This document shows positions 39,626-53,700 of a DNA stretch of 64,000 bases, piece by piece. Location: positions 35,774,001 through 35,838,000 of the forward strand of contig OZ336882.1 in assembly GCA_965287045.1 (NCBI GenBank), written 5' to 3'. Positions within the stretch are counted from its first letter, which is position 1; every line of letters starts with the position of its first letter. The notes below the pieces were generated by a model. It saw only the letters and a program-made list of their open reading frames with translations, did not search any database and was not told the DNA's origin. Origin of the DNA: Carcharhinus amblyrhynchos (lineage: Eukaryota). Position numbers and translations under genes: made by a program.

Positions 39626-42600
39626 TTTCTCCACTGCCACCTGCACTAAAATCTCTCATATTTCAATGTCAAAATATCACACACTCTGCTATGGCCTGCT
39701 CCAAGTCTCACACTCTGTTGTCTTCTGCAACAGAGTCTTGCCCTCTCCGATATCTCCTTCAACAAAGTCTAACATTCACCACTGTTTCCGTCGCAGAAGT
39801 CTCAAAGTCTCCACTCTTTTCTGCCACAAATTCTCACACTCAGCTTTTTATGACCTGAAATCTCTCAATCAGCACGGTTTACAGATAGAAGTCTTGTACT
39901 CTCCATCATCTCCTGTATCAAAGTCTCTCACTCACTGCTGTTTCCTGCAACAAAATCTTCACTCTCCACTCTTTCTTTCATGGAACTTTCATTCTCCTGA
40001 TGGCTGGTCTCTGAAGTCTCCCAACTTTTTGCTGATACCTGTTCCTAAAGTCTTGCATTCTCTGCTGTTTCCTTGTCCTGACATCTTGCATTCTCTCTTG
40101 ACTTCAATTCAGATGTTGTACCATGTTCTGTTGACTTCTAGTGCTGAAGTCTCACAACTTTCCACTCTTGTCTGATCCTGAAGTCTCTCAATTTCTGCTG
40201 TGTTCTGGACCAGAACTCTTGCATACTCTGCTGTTTTCTCATCCAAAAACCTGGAATCCTTTCCTGATTTCCAGTTCTGATGTCTCATAATGAACTGCTG
40301 ATTTCTGGTCCTAGCCTTCTGCTGATATCTGGTCTTGAAGTCTCACAATTTCTACTGTTTTCTGGTCATAAAGTCACACTCTGCTGTTTTCTGGCCCCAA
40401 TGTCTCTCACTGCCCACTGTTTTTGGAAACTGATGTCTTTCACTCTGCTGTGCACGGCTTATAAAGTCTTTCACTCTGCTGTTTTCTGGTCCAAATTTCT
40501 TGCACATTCTTCTGATTTCCAGTCCAGATATCTCACAACTTTCCACTGTTCCCTTGACAAGCATTCTCGAACTCTCTGCTGCTTGTCATTTTTTGATCAC
40601 AAAGTCTTGCACTCTGTTTTCTGGTCGAAATTCTGCTATTTATTGGTCTCAAGATCTGGTACTCTCTCTTGATTTCTGGTCCGGGTGTCTCAGAACATTC
40701 TGCTGCTTTCTGGTCCCTAAGGTCTTGCACTTCCTTCGGATTTCTCATCCTGATGTCTTGCACTCTCTCTTGATTTCTAGTTCTGATGTCTCACCATGTT
40801 CTATTCATTTAGGTCCCTGAAGTCTCAACTTCTGCTGATACCTGGTCCTGAACAGTCATACAATCTACTGTTTTCAGGTCCTGAAGAAGTCGCCCATTCA
40901 TGGTTGTTTTTTTTTGTCTTGAAGTCCTGAACTCTCTGCCACTTTCTGGTTCTGAGGATTCACAACTTTCTGCTTAATTCTGACTGTGAATTCCCTCAAT
41001 CTCTGCTGGTTTCTGGTCCAGAAGGCTTGAACGTTCTGATGTTTCCTGGTGCACAACTCTTGCACTCTGACATTTTCTGATCGTGAAGTCTTGCACCCTA
41101 CTGATTTTTCATCCAAATATCTTTCATTCTACTGTATTCTGGTCTTAGGACTGGCACACTCTCCTGATTTCTGGTTCTGATGTCTCACAACTTTCTATCA
41201 AATTCTGATCCTGAAATCTCTCACTATCTGTTCTTTTCTGATCTCAAAGTCTTTCAGTCCCGACTTGTTTTCTTGTCTGGGATCCTCTCCTGATTTCCAG
41301 TCTTGATGTCTCACACATTCTGTTGATTATTTCGTTCCAGAAGTCTCCCAGGTTTCTGCTAATACCTGGTCCTGATGTCTCACTATTCCTACTGTTTTCT
41401 GGTCCTAACGTCAGGCACTCTGCTGTTTTCTGGCTCCAATTCTCTCACTGTCCACTTTTCTCTGATCCTGTTATCATCCACGCTGCTGTTTTCTTGTCTT
41501 AAAGGATTTATTCTGGTGTTTTCTGGTTGTCTCTTCCTCTTTGATCCTAAAATCTTGTGTTTTTTTGGTCTGAAATCTCCCACTCTCTCCTGATTCCTGA
41601 CTCTGAGGTCACACATTCTCTACTGATTTCTGAACCTGACATCTCACAACTTTCTACTGAGTTCAAGTCCTGAATTCTCACACTCTCCACCATTTTCAGG
41701 CCCTGTGATCTCTCCACAGCCTAAAGCACTAAAATATCTCACACTCCACTGTCTTCTGTGCCAAAATATCACACACTCTGCTATGGCCTGCCCCAAAGTC
41801 TCAAACTCTTGTTGTCTCCTGAAACATGTCTAACACCACTGTTTCCTTCACCTAAGTCTCAAACTCTCCACTCTTTTTTTATCACAAAGTCTCGTACTCA
41901 GCCTTTTATCACCCCAAATTTCTCAATCTGTGCAGTTTACAAATAAAAGTTTTATACTCTCCATTATCTCCTGCACCAAAGTCTCTCACTCATCGCTGTT
42001 TTCTGCCACAAAATCTCTCACTCTCTACTCTGTCCTTCATGGAACTTTCACTCTGCTGATCTCTGGTCTCTGAAATTTCCCAACTTGCTGTTGATAGCTG
42101 TTCCTAAAGTCTCGCACTCTCTGCTGTTTTCTTGTCCTGACGTCTTGCACTCTCTCTTGATTTCTAGTTCAGATGTACCATGTTCTGTTGATTTTTAGTG
42201 CTGAAGTCTCACAACCTTCCACTCCTGTCTGCTCTTGAAGTCGCTCAATCTCCGCCGTTTTCTGGATCAGAACTTTTGCACACTCTGCTGCTTTCTCATC
42301 CAAAAACCTGGAATCCTCTCCTGATTTCCAGTCCTGATGTCTCATAATGTAGCTGATTTCTGGTTCTAGATGTCTCCCAACTTTCTGCTGATACCCGGTC
42401 CTGACGTCTCGCAATTTCTGCCGTTTTCTGCTCATAAAGCCACACTCCGATGTTTTCTGGCCCCAATGTCTCTCACTGTCCACTGTTTTTGGATCCTGAT
42501 GTCTTTCACTCTGCTGTTTACGAATTGTAAAGTCTTTCACTTTGCTGTTTTCTGGGCGAAAATCCTTGTACGCTCTCCAGCTTTCCAGTCCTGGTGGTTC

Positions 42601-44071
42601 ACAATTTTCCACTGTTCTCCAATCAATAATTCTCAAACTGTCTGCTGCTTGTCATTTTCTGATTGCAAAGTATTACACCCTGCTGTTTTCCGGTCCAATA
42701 TCTTTCGTTCTGCTGTGTTCTTGTCCTCAGGACTGGCACTGATTCCTGATTTCTGGTCCTAATGTCCCAGAACATTCTGCTGCTTTCTGGTCCCTGGGGT
42801 CATGCACTTCCGTCTGATTTCACGTCCTGATGTCTTGAACTCTCTCTTGATTCCTAGTTCAGATGTCGCACTCTCTTGATTTCTGTTCTTTAAAGTCTCA
42901 CAACTTTCTGCTGATTTCTGCTTCTGAAGTCTCACACCCACAGTTGTTTTCTGGTCCTGAAGTTTCACAACTTTATGCTGCTTTCTGGTACCTGAGGTCT
43001 TGCACTTCCTTCTGATTTCTTGTCCTGATATCTTGCACTCGCTCTTGATTTCTAGTTCTGATGTCTTACCATGTTCTGTTCATTTCTGGTCCTTGAAGTT
43101 TCAACTTTCTGCCGATGCCTGGTCCTGGTCCAGCTTGTACAAGCTGCTATTTTTAGGTCCTGAAATCTCCCACTCCCTGCTGCTTTCTGGATCTGAGGTC
43201 TCCTACTCTCTGCTGCTTTCTGGTCCTGAGATCTCCACTCTCTGCTGCTTTCTGGTCCTGAGGTCTCACAGCTTTGTTTAATTCTGACCTTGAATTCCCT
43301 CAATTTCTGCTGTTTTCTAGTCCATAAGTCTTGAACACTCTGTTGTTTCCTGGTGCGAAATTCTTGCAATCTGCCATTTTCTGATCGTAAAGTCTTGCAC
43401 TCTACCATTTTCTGGTCCAAATGCCTTTCATTCTGCTGTGATCTGATCCTCAGGACTGGCACTCTCTTCTGATTTCGGGTCCTGGTGTCTGCCAACTTTG
43501 TGCTGATAACTGATCCTGAAGTCACAGACTTTCTGCTGTTTTCTGGCCCCAAGTCTCTCACAGTGCATTGTCTTCTGATCCTGATGTCTTTCACTCTGCT
43601 GTTCTCTGGTCCTAAAGCCTGGCCCTCTCTCCTGAACTCTGTCATTTTCTGATTGTGAAGTCCTTCACTCTGCTGATTTCTGGTCTCTAAAGTCTCCCTA
43701 CTTTCTGCTGATGTCTGTTCCTGTAGTCTCGCACTCTCTGCTGTTTTCCCATCCTGATGTCTTGCACGCCCTCTTGATTTCTAGTTCAAATGTTGTATCC
43801 TGTTGATTTCTGTTCCTTAAAGTCTCACAGATTTCTGACAATTTCTGGTCCTGAAGTCTCTTACTATTTGCTGTTTTCAGGTCCTGATGTCGCCCACTCT
43901 CAGCTTTTCCTGGTCCTGAAGTCTCACAACTTTCTGCTCTTTTCCGATCCTAAACTCTCCCAATCTCTGCTGTTTTCTGGTCCAGAACTCTTGTACTCTC
44001 TGTTGTTTTCTCATCCAAATATCTGAAATCCTCTCCTAATTTCCAGTCCTGATGTCTCACAACTTTCTGCT

Positions 44072-46073
44072 TTGTACCTGTCAGGCAGGGAGGAAGTGGT
44101 CAAGCGAGGGTTTACTAAAGAAGTTGAATCACTTATGAAGAGGAAGTAGGAGACTTATGTCAAGATGAGACATGAGACTTCAGTTAGGGCGCTTGAGAGT
44201 TACAAGTTAGCCAGGAAGGACTAAAGAGAGAGCTAAGAGCCAGGAGGGGACATGAGAAATCTTTGGCAGGCAGGATCAAGGAAAACCCTAAAGCTTCCTA
44301 CAGGTATAAAAAAATGACTAGGATAAGATTAGCGCCAGTCAAGGACAGTAGTGGGAAGTTGTGTGTGGAGTCCAAAGATTTAGGAGAAGCACTAAATGAA
44401 TATTTTTTGTCAGTATTCACACAGGAAAATGATAATGTTGTTGAGGAGAATACTGAGATACAGGCTATTAGACTAGACGGGATTGAGGTTCATAAGGAGG
44501 AGGTGTTAGCAATTCTGGAAAGTATGAAAATAGCTAAGTTCCTTAGGCCAGATGGGATTTATCCTAAGATTCTCTGGGAGGCTAGGGAGGAGATTGCAGA
44601 GCCTTTGGCTTTGATCTTTAGGTTGTCATTGTCCACAGGAATAGTGCCAGAAGACTGGAGGCTAGCAAATGTTGTCCCTAGAAGGGGAGTAGAGACAACG
44701 CTGGTAATTATAGACCAGGAAGCCTTACTTCTGTTGTGGGCAAAGTTTTGGAAAGGATTGTAAGAGATAGGATTTATAATCGTCTAGAAAGGAATAATTT
44801 GATTAGGGATAGTCACCATGGTTTTGTGAAGGATAGGTCGTGCCTCACAAACCTTATTGAGTTCTTTGAGAAGGTGACCAAAGAGGTGGATGAGGGTAAA
44901 GCAGTTGATATGGTGTACATGGATTTCAGTAAAGCGTCTGATAAGATTCCCCACGATAAGCTATTGCAGAAGATACGGAGGCATGGGATTGAGGGCAATT
45001 TAGCAGTTTGGATCAGAAATTGGCTAGCTGCAAGAAGACAGAGAGTGGTGGTTGATGGGAAATGTTCATCCTGGAGTTCAGTTACTAGTGGTGTATTGCA
45101 AGGATCTGTTTTGGGGCCACCGCTGTTTGTCACTTTTATAAATGACCTGGATGAGGGCATAGAAGGACAGGTTACTAAATTTGCGGATGACACTAAAGTC
45201 GGTGGAGTTGTAGACAGTGCACAAGGATGTTGCAGGTTACACAGGGATATAGATAAGCTGCAGAGCTGGGCTGAGAGGTGGCAAATGGGGTTTAATGTGG
45301 AAAAGTGTGAATTGATTCATTTTGGAAGGAGTAACAGGAATACAGAGTATTGGGTTAATGGTAAATTACTTGGTAATGTGGTTGAGCAGAGAGATCTCGG
45401 TGTCCATGTGCATAGATTCCTGAAAATTGGCACCCAGATTGATAGGATTGTTAAGAAGGCATACGGTGTGTTAGCTTTTATTGGCAGAGGGATTGAGTTT
45501 AGGAGCCATGAGGTCACGTTGCAGCTGTACAAAACTCTGATGCAGCTGCACTTGGAGTATTGCATACAGTTCTGGTCGTCGCATTATAGGAAGGATGTGG
45601 AAGCATTAGAAAGGGTGCAGAGGAGATTCACCAGGATGTTGCCTGGTATGGTGGGAAGGTCTTATAAGGAAAGGCTGAAGGACTTGAAGCTGTTTTCATT
45701 AGAGAGAAGACGGTTAAGAGGTGACTTAATAGAAGCATATAAGATGATCAGAGGATTAGATAGGGTGGACAGTGTGAACCTTTTTCCTTGGATGGAGATG
45801 GCTAGCATGAGGGGACATAGCTTTAAATTGAGGGGTGATAGATATAGGACAGATGTCAGAAGTAGGTTTACTCAGAAAGTAGTAAGAGCATGGAATGCCC
45901 TCCTGCAACAGTAGTGGAATCACCAACATTAAGGGCATTTAAATAGTCATTGGATAAACATATGGATGATATTGGAATAGTGTAGGTTAGATGGGCTTTA
46001 GATTGGTTTCACAGGTCGACACAACATTGAGGGCCAAAGGGCCTGTACTGCGCTGTAATGTTCTATGTTCTAT
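44072..46073 (+). mobile_element. CR1/HER1-like LINE, 5'-truncated, with decayed ORF2 RT region
   Basis: ORFs 44263-44763 and 44736-45914 contain IKENPK, PEDWRLANVV, DFSKASDKIPH, QGSVLGP, TKFADDTK and ALERVQRRFTRM, with frameshifts. The 3' end has GGGCCAAAGGGCCTG and a (TGTTCTA)n tail. Confidence 0.95.
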
Positions 46074-46694
46074 ACATGCTCCTGAAGTCTCACCCTCTCT
46101 GCTGTTTTCTGATCATAAAATCAGGCACTCTGTTATTTTCTGGCCCCAATGTCTCTCACTGTCTACTGTTCTCTGATTCTGATGTCTTCCATGCTGCTAT
46201 TTTCTGGTTCAAAGGATTTCACTCTGCTGTTTTCTGGTCCTGTGGTCTCTCCTTCTCTGCTGTTTTCCGGTCCTAAAATTTCCCATTCTCTCCTGATTCC
46301 TAACTCTGAGGTCATGCATTCCTTGCTGAATTCTGGTCCTGAAATCTCACAGTATCCGCTGTTTTCAGGGCCGGGAGTCTCTCCGCTTGTTTCCTTCCTG
46401 GAAGTCTCCAACTCTCCATTATTTCCTTCCCATAAGTCTTAAACTCTCTGCTCTTTCCTGCCACAAAGTTTCACACTCAGCTTTTTATGATGCTAACTTT
46501 CTCAATCTGCAGTTTTCTGCCAGAAAAATCTTTCACTCTCCACTGTTTCCATTCGAGATGTTTCAATCTCTCACCTGTTTCTTGCACCTGAAATCTTGAA
46601 CCCTCTGCTATTTTCTGGTCCGCAAGTCTTGCACTTTCAGCTGTTCTCTGAACCAGAGCTCTCACACTCTGCTGATTTCTCGTCCTGATGTCTT

Positions 46695-46851
46695 TTAAAG
46701 CTCATCAGTGTCACAAGTACGTTTACATCAAAACTGAAATGAAGTTACTGTGAAAATCCCCTAGTCAGCACACTCTTGCACCTGTTTGGGTACACCGAGG
46801 TAGAATTTAGCAAGTCCAATGCATCTAACAAAATCTCACCTTTGGGTCTTA
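46695..46851 (-). mobile_element. SINE 3' fragment, paralog of 39490-39625
   Basis: Aligns by eye to 39490-39625 (AGTGTCACAAGTA...AATGAAGTTACTGT.AAAATCCC...AGAATTTAGCA). GTCTT on both sides (46690-46694, 46852-46856) is a candidate TSD. Confidence 0.72.
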
Positions 46852-49800
46852 GTCTTGCAACCACTCTTGATTTCTAGTTCTAATATTGCACCATGTTCTG
46901 CTGATTTCTGGTCTCACAACTTTCTGCTGATCCCTTGTCCAGAATTCTCACACTCTCATTTTCTGGTCCTGAAGTCTCATGACTTTCTGCTGATGCCTGG
47001 TACTGATTTCTCGAACTTTGTTTTCTTGGTCTAACATCTCTCACTGTGTACTGTTCTCTGACCCTGATGTCCTGAATGCTGCTGTTTTCTGGTTCAAATG
47101 TCTGGTATTCTCTTCAAATCCTGCTGTTTCACACTTTCTGTTGTTTTCTGATCCTGAAGTCTTGCACTTTGCTGAAGTCCTAGAGTCTGGCGTTGTCTCT
47201 TGATTTCTATTCCTGATGTCTGACAACGTTCAGCTGATTTTTGGTCCCATAAGTCTCCCAACGTTTTGCTGATACCTGGCCCCGATGTCCCGCACATTCT
47301 GCTATGTTCTGGCCCCAATATCTCTCACTATCAGCTGTTCTCTGATTTTGATGTTTTGCTCTTTGCTGTTTACGGGTCATAACTCTTTCACTCCACTGTT
47401 TTCTGGTCCAAAGATCTGACATTCTCTCCTGATTTCTATGCCTGATGTCCCACAACTTAGTGCTTATTTCTGGCCCCTGAAGTCTTACACTCTCTGTGAT
47501 GTGCTGGTTATGAGATCTCACACTCCCTGCTGTTCACTGATGAGAATTCTCAAATTCTCAGCTGCTTTCTGGTCCTGAGGTCTCACAACATTCTGGTTAT
47601 TTCTGATCTTGAAATCCCTCAATCTTTGCTGTTTTCTAGTCCAGAAGTCTTGAACATTTTGATGGTTTCTGGTCTGGAACTCTTGCACTTTTCCATTTTC
47701 TGATTGTGAATACTTGCAGTCTGCTGTTTTCTAGTCCACATGTCTTTCATTCAAGGCTGGCACTCTCTCCTTATACTTAGTCCTGATGTTCTGCTGATTT
47801 CTGGTCTCTTCATCTCTCAACTTTCTGCTGTTCCTGAAGTCTTGCACTCTCTGCTGTTTTCTTGTCCTGAAGTTTCTCAATCTCTGCTGTTTTTTGGTCC
47901 TGGAGTTTTGTACTCTGTGCTGAGTTCTGGTCTGGAACTGTCACTCTCTCTTTCGCTGCTGTTTTTTGACCCTGAAGTCTTACACTGTGCTGGAGGTCTA
48001 TAGTCTGGCATTGTCTTCTGATTTCTATTCCTGATGTTGCACAACGTTCTGCTGATGCCTGGTCCTGAAGTCTCACACATTCTGCTGTTTTCTGGTCCCT
48101 AAAGTCTCACAACATTCTATTGTTTTCTGGACCAAATGTCTTTCATTCTACTGTGTTCTGGTCCTTAGGACTGGCATTTTCTCCTGATTTCTGGTTCTGA
48201 TGTGTCGTACTTTCTGTTGTTTTCTGGCACTAATGTCTCATGGCTATCCACTGTTCACTGATCATGCTGCTGTTTTCTGGTCCAAACATCTGGCATTCTC
48301 TCCTGATTCTAGTCCTGATGTCTGCACTTTCTGTTGTTTTCTAATCCTGAAGTCTCTCAGTCTCTGCTGTTTTTTGATACTGAAATCTTGAACTCTCTGC
48401 TGTCTTCTGGTCTGGACTCCAGCTCTCTCTGCTGCTTTCTGAACCTGAGGTCTTGTACTCTGCTAAAGTCTGGCAGCTTCTCCTGCTGTCTCACAATTTT
48501 CTTCTCACTTTTGGTTCCAGGAGTCTCCCAACCTTCTGGTGATACCTGATCCTGAAGTCTCACACATTCTGCTGTTTTCTGGCTTCAATGTTTCTCATTG
48601 TCCATTGTTCTCTCATCCTGATGTCTTGCACTCTGCTGTTTATGGGCTGTAAAGTCTTTCACTCCGCTGTTTTCTGGGCCAAACGTCAGGTGCTGTCTCC
48701 TGATTTCTGGCCCTGATGTCTCACAGTTTACTGCTGATTTCTGGTCCATCAAGTCTCGAACTCTATGTTGCTTTCTGCTCCTGAGGTCTCACAACATCCT
48801 ACTGACTTCTGATGTTGGAGTCCCTCAATCAGTGTTGTTTTCTGCTCGTAATGTCTTTCACTGCTTTTGCGCTTCTGATACCCATTCTGTCACAACATTC
48901 TGCCTATTTCTTATCCTGAAATCTCACATTCTCTGCTGCTTTTTGCTCCTGAGGTCTCACAACGTTCTACATATTTCTGATCTTGAAGTCCTTCAATCTC
49001 TATGTTTTCTGGTCTAGAATGCTTGAACACTCCGGTGTTTTCTGGTCTGAAACTCTTGCACTCTCTGCATTTTCTGATCACAAAGTCTTGCACTCTGCTG
49101 TTTACTGGTCCAAATGACTTTCATTCTGCCTCAGGACTGGCACTTTGTCCTGATTTCTGGTCCTGATGTCTGACAACATTCGGCTGATTTTTGGTCTCTG
49201 ATGTCTCCCAATTTTGTGCTGATATCTGGTCCTGATGTTTCACACTCTCTGCTGTTTTCTGGCCCCACGTCTCTCACAGTGCATTATCTTCCGATCCTGA
49301 TGTCAGCCACCCTGCTGTTCTCTAAAACTAAAGTCCTCTCTCTTGCTTTCAACACTTGTTCTGTCACAACTTTGATTTCTTGTTCTGAAATCTTATACTA
49401 TCTACTACTTTCTAGTCCTGAGGTCTCACAACTTTCTGCATCTTTCTGATCTTGAAGTCCCTCAATCTCTGCTGTTTTCTGGTCTCTGAAGTCTGCCACA
49501 ATGCATTGTTCTCTGAGCCTGATGTCTTTCATTCTGCTGTTCTCTGGTCCCAAAGCCTGGCCGTCTCTCTTGCACTCTTTGCCATTTTCTGATCATGAAG
49601 CTTTTCAGTGTGCTGATTTCTGGTCTCTGAAGTCTCCCAATTTTCTACTGATACCTGGTCCCAAAATCTTGCACTCTTTGCTGTCTTACACTCTGTCTTG
49701 ATTTGTAGTTCCGATGTTGCACCAGGTTCTGTTAAATTCTGGTCCTTAAAGTTTCACAGCTTTCTGCTGTTTTCTGGTCCTGAAGTCTCACCACTTTCTG

Positions 49801-50761
49801 TTAATTTCTAATCCTGATGTCTCGCACTTTCTGCTGTGTTCTGATCCTGAAGTCTCAGTCTCTGTTGTTTTAAGTCCTGAAGTCTTGAACTCTCTGCTAA
49901 AGTCAGATCATAAAGTCAGGCACTGTTTTCTGGTCCCAATGTCTCTCACTGTTCATTGTTCTCTGATCTTGATGTCTTGGACTCTGCTTCACGGACTGTA
50001 AAGTCTTTCACTCTATTGATTTCTGGTCCAAAGTCCCGACGCTCTCCTGATTTCTAGTGCTAGTGTCTCATAACCTACTGCTGATTTCTGGTCCCTGAAG
50101 TCTCGCACTCTGTAATGCCTGGTCATAATGTCTCACAGTTGCTGCTGTTATTCGGTCCAGTCTTCTCGCATCATCTGCTGCTTTCTTCCACATTGCTGTT
50201 TTCTGATCCTAAAGGATTTCACTCTGCTGTTTACTGGTCCTGTAGGATCTCCTTCTTTACTTTTTTTCTGATCCTAAAATCTCCCACTTGCTCCAAATTC
50301 CCAACTCTGAAGTCACACATTCCTTGCTGATTTCTTGTCCTCACACTCCCCCACCTATTCAGGACCTGAGGTCTCTCCGCTCTCTCCTGCACTAAAATCT
50401 CTCACACCCCACTGTCTTCTATGCAAAAATATCTCAGACTTCACTATGGCCTGCCCCAATGTCTCATACTCAGTTGTCTCCCGCCACAGTTTCACCCTCT
50501 CCTGCAATAAAGTCTATTGCTCACTGCTGTTTCCTTCCTAAAAGTCTCAAACTCTCCACTCTTTCCGGCCAGAAAGCCTTGTACTCAGCTTTTTATGAAC
50601 CCTAATCTCCCAATCTGCACAGCTTTTGCCTGAAATTCTCAAGACTCTCTGTTATCTCCTGGAACATAAACTCTCACTCTCCATTGTTTCCTTCCCTGAA
50701 GTGTCAAACTCTCACCCGTTTCCTGCACTAAAATTTTGAACCCTGCTATTTTCTGGTCCGC

Positions 50762-53700
50762 AAGTCTTTCGGTTGTTCTCTGGGCCAGAATCTCGCACTC
50801 TTTGATTCTTTGTTCTGATGTCTTGCATTCACTCTTGATTTCTAGTTCTGATGTTGAAGCATGTTCTGCTGATTTCTGGTACCTAAACTCTTACAACATT
50901 CTGCTGATAACTGGTCCAGAATTCTCACACTTTCTCCTCTTTTTTCATCCTGAAGTCTCACGACTATCTGCTGACGTCTGGTTTTGGTGTCTTGCCCTTT
51001 CTGTTTTCTGACTCTAATGACTCCCACTGTCCACTGTTTTCTGATCCTGATGTCCTGCATGCTGTGGTTTTCTGTCCAAATGTCTGGCATTGTCTCCAGA
51101 TTTCTAGTCCTGATGTCTCAGAAAATTCTGCTAATTTCTGGTCTCAGATGCCTCAGTTTACCGCTGATACCTGGTTCTGAAGTCTCGCACACTCTGCTGT
51201 TTTCTGACCCCAATCTCTCTCCATGTTTTCTGATCTTGATGTCTTACACTCTGCTGTTTGTGGGTCGAAACATCTTGCATTTCACTGTTTTCTGGTTCCA
51301 ATGTTTGACACTCTCTTGATTTCTAGTCCTGATGTCTCACAACTTACTGCTGATTTCTGGTCCCTGAAGTCACTCACTCTCTGCGGTGTCGTGGTCATAA
51401 GGTCTCACATTCCTTGCTGTTCCCTGGTCCAGAATTCTCAGATCTCTGCTGATTTCTGCTCCTGAAGTCTCACAACTTTCTATTTATTTCTGATCCTGAA
51501 GTCCCTCAATCTCTGCTGTTTTATGATCCAGAAGTCTTGAACTCTGTGGTGTTTTCTGGTTCAGACCTCTTGCACTCTCTGCCATTTTCTAATCATGAAG
51601 TTTTTCACTTTGTTGATTTCTGGTCTCTGAAGTCTTCCAACTTTCTGCTGGTACCTAGTCCTAAAGTCTTGCACTCTCTGCTGTTTTCTCATGTTGAGGT
51701 GTTGCACTTTCTCTTGATTTCTAGTGCTGATGACTCACCATCTTCTGTTGATTTCTGATCCCTAAAGTCTCACAATTTTCCGCTGATTTCCAGTCCTGAA
51801 GTCTCTTACTTTCTGCTGATTCTCAGACCTGACGTCTCCCGCTCTCAGCTGTTATCTTGTCCTGAAGTCTCGCAACTTTCTGTTCTTTCCTAAACCTGAA
51901 ATCTCTCAATCTCCACTGTTTCTTGGACTTGAATTCTTCCACACTACTGTTTTCTCATCTAAAACTCTGAAATCCTGTCCTGATTTCCAATTCTGAGGTC
52001 TCACAACATTCTGCTGATTTCTGGTCCTAATGTCTTGCACACATTCTGCTGTTTTCTGGTCATAATGTCAGTCACTCTGCTGTCTTCTGTCCCCAGTATC
52101 TCTCATTGTCAACTGTACTCTGATCTCGATGTATTCTATGCTGCAGTTTTTTGGCCCTAAAAGACTGCACTCTGCTGATTTCTGGTGCAGAAGTCTCACA
52201 ACTTTCTGCTGATGCCTGGTCCTGATGTCTCACACTTTCTGCTCTTTCTGGTCATAAAGTCTGTCAGTCTCTGCTGCTTTTTGTTCCTGAACTCTTGAAC
52301 TCTCTGGTGTCTTCTGGTCTGGAATTACCATACTCTCTGTTCTTTTCTGACCTGATGTTTTGCACTCTGATAAAGTCTTAAAGCCTGGCATTGTCTCCTG
52401 ATGTCTCACAACGTTCTATTGATTTCTGGACTCTGAAGTCTTTCCACTTTTTGCTGATACCTGTTCCTAAAGTCTCACACTCCCTGCTGATTTCTTATCC
52501 TGATGTCTTGCATTCTCTCTTGATTTCTAGTTCCAATGCCACACTATATTCTGTTGATTTCTGATCCTTAAAGTCTCACAAGTTCCTGCCGATTTTTGGT
52601 CCTGGCGCCTCTTACTATTGCTGTTGTCTGGTCATGAAGTCTCACAAACTTCTCACTCTTTTATAATCCTAAAGTCTTTCAATCTCTGCTGTTTTCTGGC
52701 ACAGAACTCTTGCACTCTCTGCTGTTTTCTCATCCAAAAGTCTGGGATTCTCTCCTGATTTCCAGATCTGAAGTCTCCCAACTTTCCAGTTGAAACCTGC
52801 TCCTGAAGTCTCGCTGCTGTTTTCTGGCCCCAATGCTTCTTGCTGTCCACTGTTACCTGATCATAATGTCTTCCACACTGCTGTTTTCTGCTGGTAAAGG
52901 AATTCATACTGATGTTTTCTGGGCGTGGGTTCTCTTCCTTTCTGCTGCTTTCTGATCTTAACATCTCCCACTCTCCACTTCTTCTGCCACAAAGTCTTGT
53001 ACTCAGCTTTTTATAACCTTAAATCTACACAGTTTCCTGCCTGAAGGTCTTACTCTGTCCGTTATCTCCTGCACCAAAGTGTCACTCACCGCTGTTTCCA
53101 CAAGTTTCCTTCCTGTAAGTTTCAAACTCTTACCTGTTTCCTGCATCAAAATCTTGAACTCTACTGTTTTCTGGTCCGTAAGTCTTTCGGTTGTTCTCTG
53201 GGCCAGAATCTCGCACTCTTTGATTCTTTGTTCTGATGTCTTGCATTCACTCTTGATTTCTAGTTCTGATGTTGAAGCATGTTCTGCTGATTTCTGGTAC
53301 CTAAACTCTTACAACATTCTGCTGATAACTGGTCCAGAATTCTCACACTTTCTCCTCTTTTTTCATCCTGAAGTCTCACGACTATCTGCTGACGTCTGGT
53401 TTTGGTGTCTTGCCCTTTCTGTTTTCTGACTCTAATGACTCCCACTGTCCACTGTTTTCTGATCCTGATGTCCTGCATGCTGTGGTTTTCTGTCCAAATG
53501 TCTGGCATTGTCTCCAGATTTCTAGTCCTGATGTCTCAGAAAATTCTGCTAATTTCTGGTCTCAGATGCCTCAGTTTACCGCTGATACCTGGTTCTGAAG
53601 TCTCGCACACTCTGCTGTTTTCTGACCCCAATCTCTCTCCATGTTTTCTGATCTTGATGTCTTACACTCTGCTGTTTGTGGGTCGAAACATCTTGCATTT

